DNA from: Candidatus Kuenenia stuttgartensis | GTDB taxonomy: Bacteria > Planctomycetota > Planctomycetia > Pirellulales > UBA1268 | Reading direction: 5' to 3' | DNA: 56,918 nt | Assembly: GCA_945873085.1 (NCBI GenBank) | Contig: CAMCCR010000002.1 | Location: forward strand, 1-56,918 | Part shown: piece by piece, positions 1 through 10,212 of the stretch | How the letters are laid out: every line of letters begins with the position of its first letter | How positions within the stretch are numbered: position 1 is the stretch's first letter | Notes under the pieces: generated by a model | What the model was told of the DNA's origin: nothing | What the model saw: the letters and a program-made list of their open reading frames with translations, nothing else | Database searches by the model: none | Program-made: the position numbers and the translations under genes

Positions 1-1
1 G

Positions 2-1102
2 ATCTCCGCCAGCCACAATCCCGCCCCCTACAACGGACTCAAGCTGTTCTCGTCCGAGGGGCGGGTGCTTCCCGCTGCCGCCGGCCGGCCGATCCTCGAG
101 CGCTTCCATGCCGGCGACGCCCCCCGTGCCCCTGCTCCCTCTCCCGGCACACGCCGCGAAGTCGATGGCACGGCGGCCCATGTCGACCTCGTCCTTGCCA
201 CCGTCGATGTCGAGGCGATCCGCAAGCGCCGCGTCAAAGTCTGGCTCGACTCCGGCCACGGGGCTGGCAGCCGCGTCGGCGTGCCCCTCCTCGAGGCGCT
301 CGGATGCGAGGTCGTCGTGGAGGGGGGGACGCCCGACGGCCTCTTCGAGCACAAGCCCGAGCCGACTGCCGAGAACCTCGGCGATTGGCTGCCGCGGATC
401 GCTGCCTGCGGGGCCGCGATCGGGTTCTTTCAGGATCCCGATGCCGACCGACTCGCGATCGCCACCGCCGCCGGCCGGTACATCGGCGAGGAGTGCACGC
501 TCGCCCTCGCGGTCGAGAATGTCCTCGGGCGGACCGCTGGGCCGGTGGTCGTCAACTGTTCAACGAGTGGCATGACAGGCGTGATTGCGGCCCGGCACGG
601 TGTCCCCTGCCATGTCTCCGCCGTCGGCGAGGCGAACGTCGTCGATTCGTTGCTCGCCGCGGGTGCGGTGATCGGTGGCGAGGGAAACGGCGGCGTCATC
701 CATCCCCGCGTGGTCCTCGTCCGCGACAGCGCCGTGTCGATGGCCCTCGTCCTCGATTCGATGTGCCGCGGCGATGCCGTGACGTCGATCGAGACGCTCG
801 CCAGCCGCCTCCCGACACTCGTCATGGAGAAGGCGAAGATCGATTTGGCTGCGGAGACGACCGGCCCCGGGCTGATCGCAGCGATCGATCGCGTCGCTGC
901 CGCTTTTCCGGGGGCGCGGGCTGATCGGCTCGACGGCCTCCGCCTCGATTGGCCAGATGGCTGGCTCCTGGTGCGCGCGAGCAACACCGAGCCGATCGTC
1001 CGGATCGTCGCCGAGGAGCGCAGTCAGGCGGCGGTTGCCGCGGCGATCACGAAGGCCCGAGAGGCGATCGCGGCGACCATGGAACCCTCGCCGCGAGCAT
1101 GA
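2..1102 (+). CDS. alpha-D-phosphohexomutase family protein (phosphoglucosamine mutase / phosphomannomutase-like), 5' end cut by the window edge
   Basis: Frame 2 is open from nt 2. The four family loops are visible: ISASHNPAPYNG (catalytic Ser), QDPDADR (Mg), GGEGNGG (sugar) and RASNTEP (phosphate). Confidence 0.85.
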   Translation: MSASHNPAPYNGLKLFSSEGRVLPAAAGRPILERFHAGDAPRAPAPSPGTRREVDGTAAHVDLVLATVDVEAIRKRRVKVWLDSGHGAGSRVGVPLLEALGCEVVVEGGTPDGLFEHKPEPTAENLGDWLPRIAACGAAIGFFQDPDADRLAIATAAGRYIGEECTLALAVENVLGRTAGPVVVNCSTSGMTGVIAARHGVPCHVSAVGEANVVDSLLAAGAVIGGEGNGGVIHPRVVLVRDSAVSMALVLDSMCRGDAVTSIETLASRLPTLVMEKAKIDLAAETTGPGLIAAIDRVAAAFPGARADRLDGLRLDWPDGWLLVRASNTEPIVRIVAEERSQAAVAAAITKAREAIAATMEPSPRA

Positions 1103-1144
1103 TCGAAAGCGTTCGGCGACCACGGTGTCACGCGGTAACCGGCA

Positions 1145-2353
1145 TCACTTCCGAACGAGCACTTGCGAACCGGGGCCGAGGATGTCGGCGATGTCCTCGA
1201 GATCGCGGAGCGAGACGATCACGCTCGACGCCGACGCGCTGTCGTTGACGAGACTCGGGTCCTCAACCCCTTCGATCGCCAGGCCCTCGCCGAGGATGAT
1301 CGACTTCGGCCCGGCTGCTGGCGCGTAAGCCACCTGGGCAGCGATCCCGGTCGGCTCTTGGACGGCACCGGGCCGGCGGATGTCGATCACGGCAACCGAC
1401 TGGCCGATGCGGTCATAGATCTGCCGACCGAGGACGACGGGGAAGCTGCCGGCGTAATTCCCCCCGACCTGAAGGCTCATCCGCCGCCGGGAGACGCTGA
1501 TCACGGCATCGAACGGGCCACGCACCACCTTGAGATGTTCCCCGGGAACCAACTGCGAGGGATCGGTGACGCCGTTGATCTTGGCGAGGAGTTGCCACGG
1601 CACCTGAAGAGGGGTGGCGATCGATGGCAACGTTTCCCCCGGGGCGACGATATGGGGGGGGAGCAGCAGGTCCTTCTGGGAATAGATGACCGTGCCGGCA
1701 AGCTGCCCGAGGAGATCCTCGAGACGCTGGCTTTCCTCGAGCCCGAGGGAGGCGTCGTCATGCCACAGCGAGAGGACGGAAAGTGCCTCGGCGTACCGGC
1801 CGGCGCCGAGCATCTCGTGGGCGTCGGCCCAGGCCGATGCAAACGCCGGCGAGGGGGCGCCACGGGACTGCAAAGGAGGGGCGAGCGTGGCTGGTGCGGC
1901 GGAGAGCGGAGCCGGCGGGGGGGCGAGGAGTGTCCCTCCTTCGGCCACGGCGAGCGGTTCGATGGCGCCCGCTTGTGGGAAGGCCGACGGCTCCCCCAAC
2001 GCTTCCGTCGGGGGAGCAGCCGGCACCGGGGGCGCGACAGCTGGAAGTGGCGGCGGCAAGGCAACGCCGGTGGGCACCGCCGAGGCCTGGAGGGGCTCGG
2101 CACCGGCGAGCGGATGGGCAGGGGCGACGCCGATCGCCGTCGGATCGCGTGGCAGCGTGATCTCCGGTGGGGCGAAGGCGCTGCCGGGGGTGTCGACGAC
2201 GCTCCCTACCGGGGACGGCGCGGGCCCTTTTTGGACCACCGAGTAGGCCCCGTACATGATCGTGCCCAGGAGCCCGAGCACGATGAGTGGCTTGAGGGAG
2301 TCCATCGGGTCGGTATCGCGTTCGCGGCGGCGCGAGGTCGAGGTACGTGCCAT
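1145..2353 (-). CDS. LysM domain-containing membrane-anchored protein with a P/A-rich linker
   Basis: N-terminal TM segment (LKPLIVLGLLGTIMYGAYSVV), a long Pro/Ala-rich region, and a LysM-like segment (PGETLPSIATPLQVPWQLLAKINGVTDPSQLVPGEHLKV). The start was moved from the TTG at 2398 to the ATG at 2353 and remains uncertain. Confidence 0.6.
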   Translation of the reverse strand: MARTSTSRRRERDTDPMDSLKPLIVLGLLGTIMYGAYSVVQKGPAPSPVGSVVDTPGSAFAPPEITLPRDPTAIGVAPAHPLAGAEPLQASAVPTGVALPPPLPAVAPPVPAAPPTEALGEPSAFPQAGAIEPLAVAEGGTLLAPPPAPLSAAPATLAPPLQSRGAPSPAFASAWADAHEMLGAGRYAEALSVLSLWHDDASLGLEESQRLEDLLGQLAGTVIYSQKDLLLPPHIVAPGETLPSIATPLQVPWQLLAKINGVTDPSQLVPGEHLKVVRGPFDAVISVSRRRMSLQVGGNYAGSFPVVLGRQIYDRIGQSVAVIDIRRPGAVQEPTGIAAQVAYAPAAGPKSIILGEGLAIEGVEDPSLVNDSASASSVIVSLRDLEDIADILGPGSQVLVRK

Positions 2354-2616
2354 GGCTGTCTTTCGCAGGGGGTGCGTCGAGTTTTCGCCACTCCGCAAGG
2401 GCGGCAGACTGTAGGACAGCCGGGGCCGAGGTGCCAGACCGCTTCAGGACCGTTCCCCGCCGGCCGAAGCCTCTCGGGGGCTTGGGAAGGCCAGGGGGAA
2501 TGGGTGGGGTGTGATTCCGGGCAACCCGCGTCCTGCTTGGTCTGATGGCCCGATGTTTTTCCCTGCGACGGGGGGCGGGGCGTATATTCACGTCGATCAG
2601 GAACCGGCACGGAGCC

Positions 2617-3960
2617 ATGACGATGAGTCCGTCCACATCCGATCCCGCAGCGCTGCGGGATGTCGTCGCCGTCGTTCTGGCAGGCGGCAAGGGCGCTCGC
2701 CTCGATCCCCTCACCAGGGATCGTGCCAAACCGGCCGTCCCCTTCGGCGGCGCCTACCGGATCGTCGACTTCGCCCTTTCCAACTGCGTCAACAGCGGCC
2801 TCCGTCGGGTGCAGGTGCTCACCCAGTACAAAGCTGTGAGCCTCGACCGGCACCTGATGCTCGGTTGGCATCGGTTCTTCTGCCGAGAACTCGGTGAGTT
2901 TCTCGACATCCTTCCACCCCAGCAGCGGGTCGACGAGAGTTGGTATCTCGGGACCGCCGATGCGGTTTTTCAAAACATCTATTCCCTGGAGATGGCGGCG
3001 CCCAGGCTCGTCGTGGTCCTCGCCGGGGATCATGTCTACAAGATGGACTACCGCGCGCTGGTCGCCGCTCACGACAACACCGGCGCCGACGTTACCGTCG
3101 CGGCGCTCCCGGTGCCTGTCGGGGCGGCTGGTGAGTTCGGGACGATGCGGGTCGATGCTGCCTCCCGCGTCGTCGAGTTTCGCGAGAAATCACCACACCC
3201 CCCCGAACTCCCCGGCCAGCCCGGAATGTGCCTGGCCTCGATGGGGATCTACTGTTTCTCCTGGCCGTTCCTCCTCGAACAGCTGCGCGCTGATCATGCC
3301 GCTGCCAGCCGTCACGACTTCGGCCATGACATCCTTCCGGCGGTGGTCCGCAGTCATGCCGTCCACGCCTACCCGTTCCGGGACGAGAACCGGAAGGCCG
3401 ATGCTTACTGGCGCGACGTCGGGACGATCGATGCCTACTTCGAGGCCAATCTCGATCTCGTCGCCGTCGATCCGCAGCTCAATCTTTACGACGAACATTG
3501 GCCTGTCCGCACACTGCCCGCCGCCCACCCGCCCCCGAAGTTCGTGTTCGCCGATCCGGGGCCGGAGGGGCGTCGGGGCGAGGCCACCGACAGCCTTGTT
3601 TGCCTGGGAGCGATTGTCTCCGGAGGGCGGGCCTGGCGATCGATCCTCGGGCCTGGCGTGAGGATCCACAGCTGGGCCCAGATCGAGGAGAGCATCCTCA
3701 TGGAAGGGGTCGACGTCGGCCGGCACGCCCGGCTCCGCCGGACGATCGTCGACAAGGGCGTGCGGATCCCAGCCGGCATGACGATCGGCTTTGATCCCGA
3801 GGCCGACGCGGCGATGGGCTTGACGATCTCCTCCGGAGGGGTGACGGTGGTACCCAAAGGCCATCTCTTCCCGACCGCTGCCCCGCTCCGAGGGAGCCGC
3901 AACGGCGGCGTCGCCTCCGCCCCCGCTGCCCAGGGTTGCCTCGTTCCTTCGCCCCCGTGA
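2617..3960 (+). CDS. glgC: glucose-1-phosphate adenylyltransferase, proteobacterial-type paralog
   Basis: VVLAGGKGARLDPLTRDRAKPAVPFGGAYRIVDFALSNCVNSG nucleotide-binding N-terminus, YWRDVGTIDAYFEANLDL, and a C-terminal left-handed beta-helix region. Start taken at the ATG of MTMSPS. Confidence 0.85.
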   Translation: MTMSPSTSDPAALRDVVAVVLAGGKGARLDPLTRDRAKPAVPFGGAYRIVDFALSNCVNSGLRRVQVLTQYKAVSLDRHLMLGWHRFFCRELGEFLDILPPQQRVDESWYLGTADAVFQNIYSLEMAAPRLVVVLAGDHVYKMDYRALVAAHDNTGADVTVAALPVPVGAAGEFGTMRVDAASRVVEFREKSPHPPELPGQPGMCLASMGIYCFSWPFLLEQLRADHAAASRHDFGHDILPAVVRSHAVHAYPFRDENRKADAYWRDVGTIDAYFEANLDLVAVDPQLNLYDEHWPVRTLPAAHPPPKFVFADPGPEGRRGEATDSLVCLGAIVSGGRAWRSILGPGVRIHSWAQIEESILMEGVDVGRHARLRRTIVDKGVRIPAGMTIGFDPEADAAMGLTISSGGVTVVPKGHLFPTAAPLRGSRNGGVASAPAAQGCLVPSPP

Positions 3961-4009
3961 CATCGAGTTCGATCCGTCGCTGTTCCCCGCTTTGCGCCAC
4001 GTTCCCCCT

Positions 4010-5416
4010 ATGCCGAAACGCAATCTCGTCCTCCTCTGTCTGATCGCCATTGCCAGCCTCCTGGCATGGGCTGCCCGCGACCGCGGTGGCCGGGGACGTC
4101 TGTATGGCGAAGTCACCGGGCATGTCGGCCGGATGGTTCTCGAACCGGTCGACGACGAGGCCCTTTTCCGTGGTGCGATGGAGGGAATGTTCGCGCGGCT
4201 CGACGAACACTCCGCATTCGTATCGGTCGAGCCGGCGAGTCTTCCCGCTAGCGAGCCGGCGGCCGAGTTCGCCGGGGTCGGCCTCGAGCTCACGACCGCA
4301 GCGCGCGACGGACTGCCTTCGGTGATCACGCCGCTCGTCGGATCGCCGGCGTGGCTTGCCGGCATCGCAGCCGGAGACAGAATCTTGGCGATCGACGGAA
4401 TCGCCACCGATCGGATGCGGCTCAAAGAAGCGGTGGCCAGACTCCGCGGGCCGGCTGGCAGTCGGGTGATGCTCGATATCGCCCCCCCCGACGGCGATCC
4501 CACCGAAGTCAGCGACGAAGCGGGGAACATCACGGCCACGATGAGCGTGTCGCTGGAGCGGGCGATGCTCCGCACCGAGACAGTCTGCGGAGACCGGCGC
4601 CGGGCCGACGGTTCCTGGGATTGGTTCCTCGAGGGGGAGGAGGGAGTGGCGCTGATTCGTCTCTCGCGGTTCTCGCCCCATTCCGTCGGCGAACTCGATC
4701 GGGCGGTCGCGGAGATCGCCGCGGCGGGGCAGCCCTCGGGGGTGATCCTCGACCTCCGCGGAAATCCGGGCGGGAGTCTCGATGCCGCGATCGATGTCTG
4801 TGACCGGTTTCTCGAGGACGGTGTGATCGTGTCGATGCGGCGTCGTCCTGCCGCCGGCACCAGGCCTGTGACCGCCTCGATCGAACAACTCGACGTCCGC
4901 CGGGCGACCCCCGGCGCGCTCTTCCGCGGGGCGCCGATGGTGGTGATCGTCGATGGCGTGACGGCGAGCGCCGCCGAGATCGTCGCGGCCTGCCTCCAGG
5001 ATCATGGGCGGGCGGTCGTGGTGGGGAGTCGGACGTTCGGCAAGGCGACGGTCCAAACCACCGTGCCGCTCTCCGATGGTCGCCATGCGGTCCGGCTGAC
5101 GACGGCCGAATACCTCCGCCCGAACCTCGCCCCCCTCCACCGTCGGCCGCACGATCCGGACGCCCAGGCCTGGGGCGTGTCGCCCGACCGGGGCTATGAA
5201 CTCACCCCGACCGGCGGGACGCTCGATGCCGTGCGCGACTGGCGTCTCCACCGCGATTCGGTTCCCAGGAACCCGGCAGGAGGAGCGATCGGCGCGGAGC
5301 CGGTGGCCGACAGCGCGGGGGGCGAATCATCGGCTCTCTGGCCCCGCCACGTCGACCCGGTCCTCGGCCGCGCCGTGGCGGCGATCGGAGCCCGGCGGGC
5401 GCTGGCGGGGGAGTGA
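4010..5416 (+). CDS. S41 family C-terminal processing peptidase with a PDZ domain
   Basis: Signal/TM segment (NLVLLCLIAIASLLAWA), a PDZ-like GSPAWLAGIAAGDRILAIDG, the LDLRGNPGGSLD motif, and VVIVDGVTASAAEIVA..GSRTFGKATVQ (Ser/Lys catalytic region). Confidence 0.85.
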   Translation: MPKRNLVLLCLIAIASLLAWAARDRGGRGRLYGEVTGHVGRMVLEPVDDEALFRGAMEGMFARLDEHSAFVSVEPASLPASEPAAEFAGVGLELTTAARDGLPSVITPLVGSPAWLAGIAAGDRILAIDGIATDRMRLKEAVARLRGPAGSRVMLDIAPPDGDPTEVSDEAGNITATMSVSLERAMLRTETVCGDRRRADGSWDWFLEGEEGVALIRLSRFSPHSVGELDRAVAEIAAAGQPSGVILDLRGNPGGSLDAAIDVCDRFLEDGVIVSMRRRPAAGTRPVTASIEQLDVRRATPGALFRGAPMVVIVDGVTASAAEIVAACLQDHGRAVVVGSRTFGKATVQTTVPLSDGRHAVRLTTAEYLRPNLAPLHRRPHDPDAQAWGVSPDRGYELTPTGGTLDAVRDWRLHRDSVPRNPAGGAIGAEPVADSAGGESSALWPRHVDPVLGRAVAAIGARRALAGE

Positions 5417-5437
5417 GCGACTCCCGGCGGCCCCCGC

Positions 5438-6853
5438 TCACCCCGCGCCGATCTCGGTGGCGAGGAAGAAGCTCCCTGCGATGCACACCAGCCCGCGGGC
5501 TCCGGCGAGCTTCCTCGCTGCCTTCAGGGCCTCGGCCGGTGACTGGGCTGTCGTCGGCACGGGCAGCCCCGCCGCGGCACAGGCCGCCACGAGTCGCTCG
5601 GTCGTCGCCGCCCGGGGGTTGGTGAGATAGCGGGTGACGACAACCCGGTCGAACCGCCCCCGGCAGCAGGCGAGCATCTCCTCGATCTGCTTGTCGGCAC
5701 TCGCGGCGAAGAGGAGCACCCGCGGCGCACCGCGGGCCGTCGTGGCCGCGAGTGGGGCTTCGAGCGTCTCGACAAGCGACTCCATCGAGGCGACGTTGTG
5801 GGCCGCGTCGAGGATCACCAGCGGCCGGTCGGAGATCCGCTCGATCCGCGACGGGAGATGGACCGACGCTAATCCCGCCCTCACTGCCGTCTCGGGGATC
5901 GGGAAACCACGCCGACGGAGTTCACCGATCGTGATCACGGCAAGCCCGGCGTTGTCGGCCTGGTGACGGCCGGCCATCGAGAGGGGATAGGTGAGCTCTT
6001 GCCCGCCTTCACCTGCGGCGCGGAGCAGGAGCATCCCTCCGGCGAGCGATGTCGCGGCCTTTGCAGGGGCGTGTGAAATCGCGAAATCGCGGTCGATGAG
6101 GCGGAGCGGCGCCCGGCGCTTCCTGGCCGTGGCGACGATCACCTTCCGGGCGGACAGATCGCGCGCACCGCACACGACGGGACAGCCCCGCTTGATGATC
6201 CCGGCCTTCTCCGTGGCGATGTGGCGGACGGTGGGGCCGAGGATTGCCATGTGGTCGAGGCTGATGCTCGTGATCACCGAGACGACCGGCCGGGAGACGT
6301 TCGTCGCGTCGAGCCGGCCGCCGAGGCCTGTCTCGAGAACGGCGATGTCGACCTTGGCCCGGGCAAAGTGGTCGAAGGCCACGGCCGTCACCACCTCAAA
6401 CCAGGTCGGCACGCGCGTGCCGCGGCGGACCGCAGAGGCGTCGAGCTGCTCGACGGCCGGGACGACCGTGGCGAACGAGCGGAGGAGATCGGCCTCGGGG
6501 ATCGGCCGGCCGTCGACCGCGATCCGCTCTTCGAGCCGATGGACGTGGGGGGAGAGGTAGCGACCGACCCGCAGCCCTGCCTCTCCGAGGATCGCGGCGA
6601 TCATCGCCACCGTCGAGCCCTTCCCCTTCGTGCCAGCCACGTGGACCACCGGAAAGGCGTCGTGCGGGTTGCCGATCAGGGCGAGCAGCCGTCGCATCCT
6701 CGCCAGGCCGAACGAGCCGTCGCCCCCCGGGCCGACCGGCGTCTGACGTTCGTAGTTCACCCGCGAATCGAGCCAACCGAGCACCGCTGCCCGGGGCCCG
6801 GCATCGAGCTGGTCGCCGCGAGGGCGGGAGGGGGTCGACCGCGATCGAGGCAT
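5438..6853 (-). CDS. folC: bifunctional folylpolyglutamate synthase / dihydrofolate synthase
   Basis: Mur-ligase P-loop VHVAGTKGKGST with Mur ligase middle and C-terminal domain organisation. The ORF-track start at 6952 is a TTG. I chose the ATG at 6853 (MPRSRS..), which remains uncertain. Confidence 0.8.
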   Translation of the reverse strand: MPRSRSTPSRPRGDQLDAGPRAAVLGWLDSRVNYERQTPVGPGGDGSFGLARMRRLLALIGNPHDAFPVVHVAGTKGKGSTVAMIAAILGEAGLRVGRYLSPHVHRLEERIAVDGRPIPEADLLRSFATVVPAVEQLDASAVRRGTRVPTWFEVVTAVAFDHFARAKVDIAVLETGLGGRLDATNVSRPVVSVITSISLDHMAILGPTVRHIATEKAGIIKRGCPVVCGARDLSARKVIVATARKRRAPLRLIDRDFAISHAPAKAATSLAGGMLLLRAAGEGGQELTYPLSMAGRHQADNAGLAVITIGELRRRGFPIPETAVRAGLASVHLPSRIERISDRPLVILDAAHNVASMESLVETLEAPLAATTARGAPRVLLFAASADKQIEEMLACCRGRFDRVVVTRYLTNPRAATTERLVAACAAAGLPVPTTAQSPAEALKAARKLAGARGLVCIAGSFFLATEIGAG

Positions 6854-7053
6854 CTTCCGCAAACTCCCACGGCGCCGTGAATCCCCCGAGTGTACCGCCA
6901 ACTGGCCCGCTTCCGGCGACCAATCGGGCTTGATCGCTGGGCGAGTTTCCAAGACCCTCCGTCGCGACTCCCTCCGTCCACATTCGCCTCAGCGTGACCA
7001 CCATGCTCGTCCCAACAGCCGCCATCGACTCCGTCGACCAGCGTCGGGGATTC

Positions 7054-8388
7054 ATGATGCTCCCCGCCGGCGTGATGGTGGCCGTCCTTCTGTTCTTCGG
7101 AAGTGCCGCAGCGGCGCAGGCTCCCCCAGAGGTGCTTGGAACTCCTCCAGCGCTGCCGGCAGCGCCGCCAGCCGATTCCTTCCCGGCGTTTCCGTCGACA
7201 CAGGTCCCGGGCCCTCCGCCGCCGCTGGCCCCACCGCTTCCCCCCTTGCCGTCCGCCGGGGGTGAAATGCCCTCGTCGGCGCCGTTGACCTCCGGCCAGG
7301 TCGAAGGAGGCGTGTCGCTCGATGGCGGGGTGGTACCTCCGCCGATGTATGTCCCTGACCCCAACGATCTCGGCGGCTATGCGGCCCTCCCCGAGGCTGT
7401 GGCCACCGACCTAGTTCCCTCCTGGCCCCGTTGGTTTGCTGGCGCCAGCGGCTTGATCATGACGCGCACGCTGCCGTCAGGAACGGCCACGATGCAGCCG
7501 TCAGCCGGGCTGACGACGCTCACGACCTCCTCGGCCGCAGCCACCTGGCCCGGCGGACTCGATTTCCAGGTGGGACGGTGGATGGGGGAGCAGCAGAACT
7601 GGGCCCTCGAAGGAATCTATTGGGGGGTGTATGGCCTCGGCACCTCCGCGACGGTGACCGGGACGGGGATCAATGCGATCCCCCAGGCCCCTGGCGTGAT
7701 CCTCGCCGGATCCCCGGCATCGGCCTTCCTCACCGATGCCACGCAGCAGCAGGTGGCCCGGTCAGATCTCGTCAACGACGTCGAAATCAACTGGCTCTAC
7801 CGGCTCACGGATCGCCCCGAGTTTCTCCCGCTCGACCGTCGGCTCGGCTTCATGTGGCTGGCCGGCTTCCGCTTCTTCGAACTCCAGGACGTGCTCTCGC
7901 AGACGTCGACGTCGTCGACACTTCCGCCATCGTCGATTGGCGCCAATCAATCGCTCCTCTCGGTGGCGACCAACAACAACCTCTTCGGCGCTCAGGTGGG
8001 GGCTAAGGCCGACTGGCGGATCGCGCCGCGGATCCGCCTCTCGGCCGTCCCGAAGTTCATGATCGGGGGCAACGCGATCACGAACACCACCGAACTGACC
8101 ACGATCAATGGCTCCGGGGCCACCTTCGCCGGCGGGCAGCCAGTGAACGTCCATTCGACGCTCGGTGTCTTCTCCTGGCTGGGGAGCGTCGATAGCTCGG
8201 TGGCCTGGGATGTGACCGACCACTGGAGCCTGTCGCTGGGCTACCGCGTCGTTGGCGTCGGGAACATCGCCCAGGCCGACGGGCAATGGCCGTCGACGCT
8301 TGCAGCCCCCAGTGCGCTCCAGGGGATCAACGCCGGATCGAGCACGATCCTCCACGGCGGCTTCGCCGGCTTCCAGGGCCGGTACTGA
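7054..8388 (+). CDS. putative outer-membrane beta-barrel protein (BBP7-like, recollection-level assignment)
   Basis: Signal peptide MMLPAGVMVAVLLFFGSAAAAQA, a P-rich linker, alternating hydrophobic beta-strand-like segments, and a C-terminal aromatic residue (..GFQGRY). Confidence 0.55.
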   Translation: MMLPAGVMVAVLLFFGSAAAAQAPPEVLGTPPALPAAPPADSFPAFPSTQVPGPPPPLAPPLPPLPSAGGEMPSSAPLTSGQVEGGVSLDGGVVPPPMYVPDPNDLGGYAALPEAVATDLVPSWPRWFAGASGLIMTRTLPSGTATMQPSAGLTTLTTSSAAATWPGGLDFQVGRWMGEQQNWALEGIYWGVYGLGTSATVTGTGINAIPQAPGVILAGSPASAFLTDATQQQVARSDLVNDVEINWLYRLTDRPEFLPLDRRLGFMWLAGFRFFELQDVLSQTSTSSTLPPSSIGANQSLLSVATNNNLFGAQVGAKADWRIAPRIRLSAVPKFMIGGNAITNTTELTTINGSGATFAGGQPVNVHSTLGVFSWLGSVDSSVAWDVTDHWSLSLGYRVVGVGNIAQADGQWPSTLAAPSALQGINAGSSTILHGGFAGFQGRY

Positions 8389-8456
8389 AATGAGCTGATC
8401 TGCCCGGATGCAGCCTTGCAGCTGCGTTGGGGTTTGGTCAGCCACTCCACAGCCTG

Positions 8457-9389
8457 CTAGCGAGAGCAGTAGTCGATCGCCCTGGCGATCTCGCTCTTGA
8501 GATCCTTGCGGGCCACGATCCGGTCAATGAACCCGTGCTCGAGGAGGAACTCGCTCGTCTGGAAGCCCTTGGGGAGTTCGACGCGGATCGTCGCCTTGAT
8601 CGTGCGGGGGCCGGCGAAGCCGATCAGCGCCCTCGGTTCGGCGAAGCAAAGATCACCGAGTGAGGCGAAGCTCGCCGCCACGCCGCCCATCGTCGGATTG
8701 GTGAGGACGGAGATAAACAGGCCGCCGGCCTGCGCGTAACGGGCCAGAGCCGCCGACACCTTCGCCATCTGCATCAGCGAGAGGATTCCCTCGTGCATCC
8801 GCGCCCCGCCGCCCGAGGCCGAGATGATGATCAGCGGCAGTTTCTGCGGGGTGGCCCGCTCGATGAGTCGGGTGAGGCGTTCGCCGACGACGCTCCCCAT
8901 GCTCCCCATGATGAACGATGAGTCGGTGACACCACAGGCGACCCGTCGTGCCCGGATCATGCCGGTGCCGGTGAGCGCCGCGTCGGAAAGACCGGTCCGC
9001 TTCTGCTCGGCCACGAGCCGCTCGGCGTAGGGCTTCTTGTCACGAAAGCCGAGCGGGTCGGTCGGACGGAGTCCGGCATCCCATTCCTCGAACGTGCCGG
9101 TGTCGCAGAGCTGTTCGATCCTGGTCGCCGCCGAGACATACCAGTGAAATCCGCACTTCGGGCAGACGTTGAGGATCTCCTCCGCTTCCTTGCGGTAGAT
9201 CGTCTGCTGGCAGCCGTCGCACTTCTGCCAAAGCCCTTCAGGAACCCCTCGCTTCGGCCGCGGCGCGCGGGGCGTGGGGGACGCGGACGGGGGGGCGCCG
9301 GAGGGCTTCGTGGCAGGGGCCGGCTCATGACCGGCCGGCGCCACCTTGCCGGCGGGTTGCGAAGCGGCGGAGGGATTGCGTCGTTCCAT
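8457..9389 (-). CDS. accD: acetyl-CoA carboxylase carboxyltransferase subunit beta
   Basis: Zinc ribbon [26 protein letters not shown] followed by a carboxyltransferase domain ([17 protein letters not shown]). Start trimmed to the ATG at 9389 (MERRNPS). Confidence 0.85.
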   Translation of the reverse strand: MERRNPSAASQPAGKVAPAGHEPAPATKPSGAPPSASPTPRAPRPKRGVPEGLWQKCDGCQQTIYRKEAEEILNVCPKCGFHWYVSAATRIEQLCDTGTFEEWDAGLRPTDPLGFRDKKPYAERLVAEQKRTGLSDAALTGTGMIRARRVACGVTDSSFIMGSMGSVVGERLTRLIERATPQKLPLIIISASGGGARMHEGILSLMQMAKVSAALARYAQAGGLFISVLTNPTMGGVAASFASLGDLCFAEPRALIGFAGPRTIKATIRVELPKGFQTSEFLLEHGFIDRIVARKDLKSEIARAIDYCSR

Positions 9390-9549
9390 GCGACCGGTCG
9401 GGAAGGAGGGCAACGGCGAGGAATAAAGTCGGCGGCAGCAAGGCTGTCGAGCCTCAAGCCCACAGTGTAGTCGGTGGCGGTCGAGCGATGCTGCGCCGGT
9501 CTCGCCGCCCCCTGCTGGAGGGGCGACGGTGACGTCTTTCCCGAGAATG

Positions 9550-10212
9550 TCAGGATTGCGCCAGGCCGAGTCGTCCGCGGAGCGTTGCCAACGCCGTGGC
9601 AGCGCCGAAGACCCCCAACCCGGTCGCAGGCAGCGGGGGCCGGGGCGTGGGGGGGCTGACCCGGAGTTCCACAGCCGCCGGGTCGGTGGCCGCGATCGCC
9701 CACAGGTCGCCGGGGCCATCGTCTGTCAGCAGGGAGCGAATGATCCGGTCGATCGGCTGGGGCACGACCACCGCCACACGCTCCCCGGGGTGTCGGGCAA
9801 CCATCTTGCCAATCGCCTGGGCGATGCGATCGCGGGCGGCGGAGAGTGGCTCGCCGTCCGGGGGCACCACCGTCCACGGATCCTCCTCCCAATGCCTCGC
9901 CAAGCGCGGTTGCCGGCGGCGGATCTCGCTCACGAGCATCCCCTGCCAGAGCCCGAGATCGAGGCCCACAAGGTGGGGCACCCTTCGTGGCACAAGGTGG
10001 AGGCGATCGCCGATGACGTCGGCTGTCTCGATGGCGCAGGTCGTCGGGGAGGTGTAGAGGGCGACGGGGGGCGCTGCCGCGAGGTGGCGGGCTGTTTCGC
10101 TGGCGGCAGCGATGCCGGCCGGCGTCAGCGGGATATCGAGATTGCCGCTGATGCGGCCCTGCAGATCGTAGTCCGTCGCACCCGATCGGATCACGACGAG
10201 GAGATCAGCCAT
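9550..10212 (-). CDS. histidine phosphatase (phosphoglycerate mutase) family protein
   Basis: N-terminal [20 protein letters not shown] (an RHG-type motif with His replaced by Ser) and the overall fold pattern. The ATG at 10212 overlaps the rpe stop by 8 nt. Confidence 0.65.
   Translation of the reverse strand: MADLLVVIRSGATDYDLQGRISGNLDIPLTPAGIAAASETARHLAAAPPVALYTSPTTCAIETADVIGDRLHLVPRRVPHLVGLDLGLWQGMLVSEIRRRQPRLARHWEEDPWTVVPPDGEPLSAARDRIAQAIGKMVARHPGERVAVVVPQPIDRIIRSLLTDDGPGDLWAIAATDPAAVELRVSPPTPRPPLPATGLGVFGAATALATLRGRLGLAQS

Noticed and set aside
2583-2588. A TATATT hexamer 29 nt upstream of the glgC ATG as a -10 box
   Set aside because: No acceptable -35 element (TTGnnn) lies at 16-18 nt spacing. 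It is kept only as a note, not as a feature.
3190-5251. Two overlapping minus-strand ORFs of 556 and 517 aa
   Set aside because: They are antisense to glgC and the S41 protease, and both have artefact composition.
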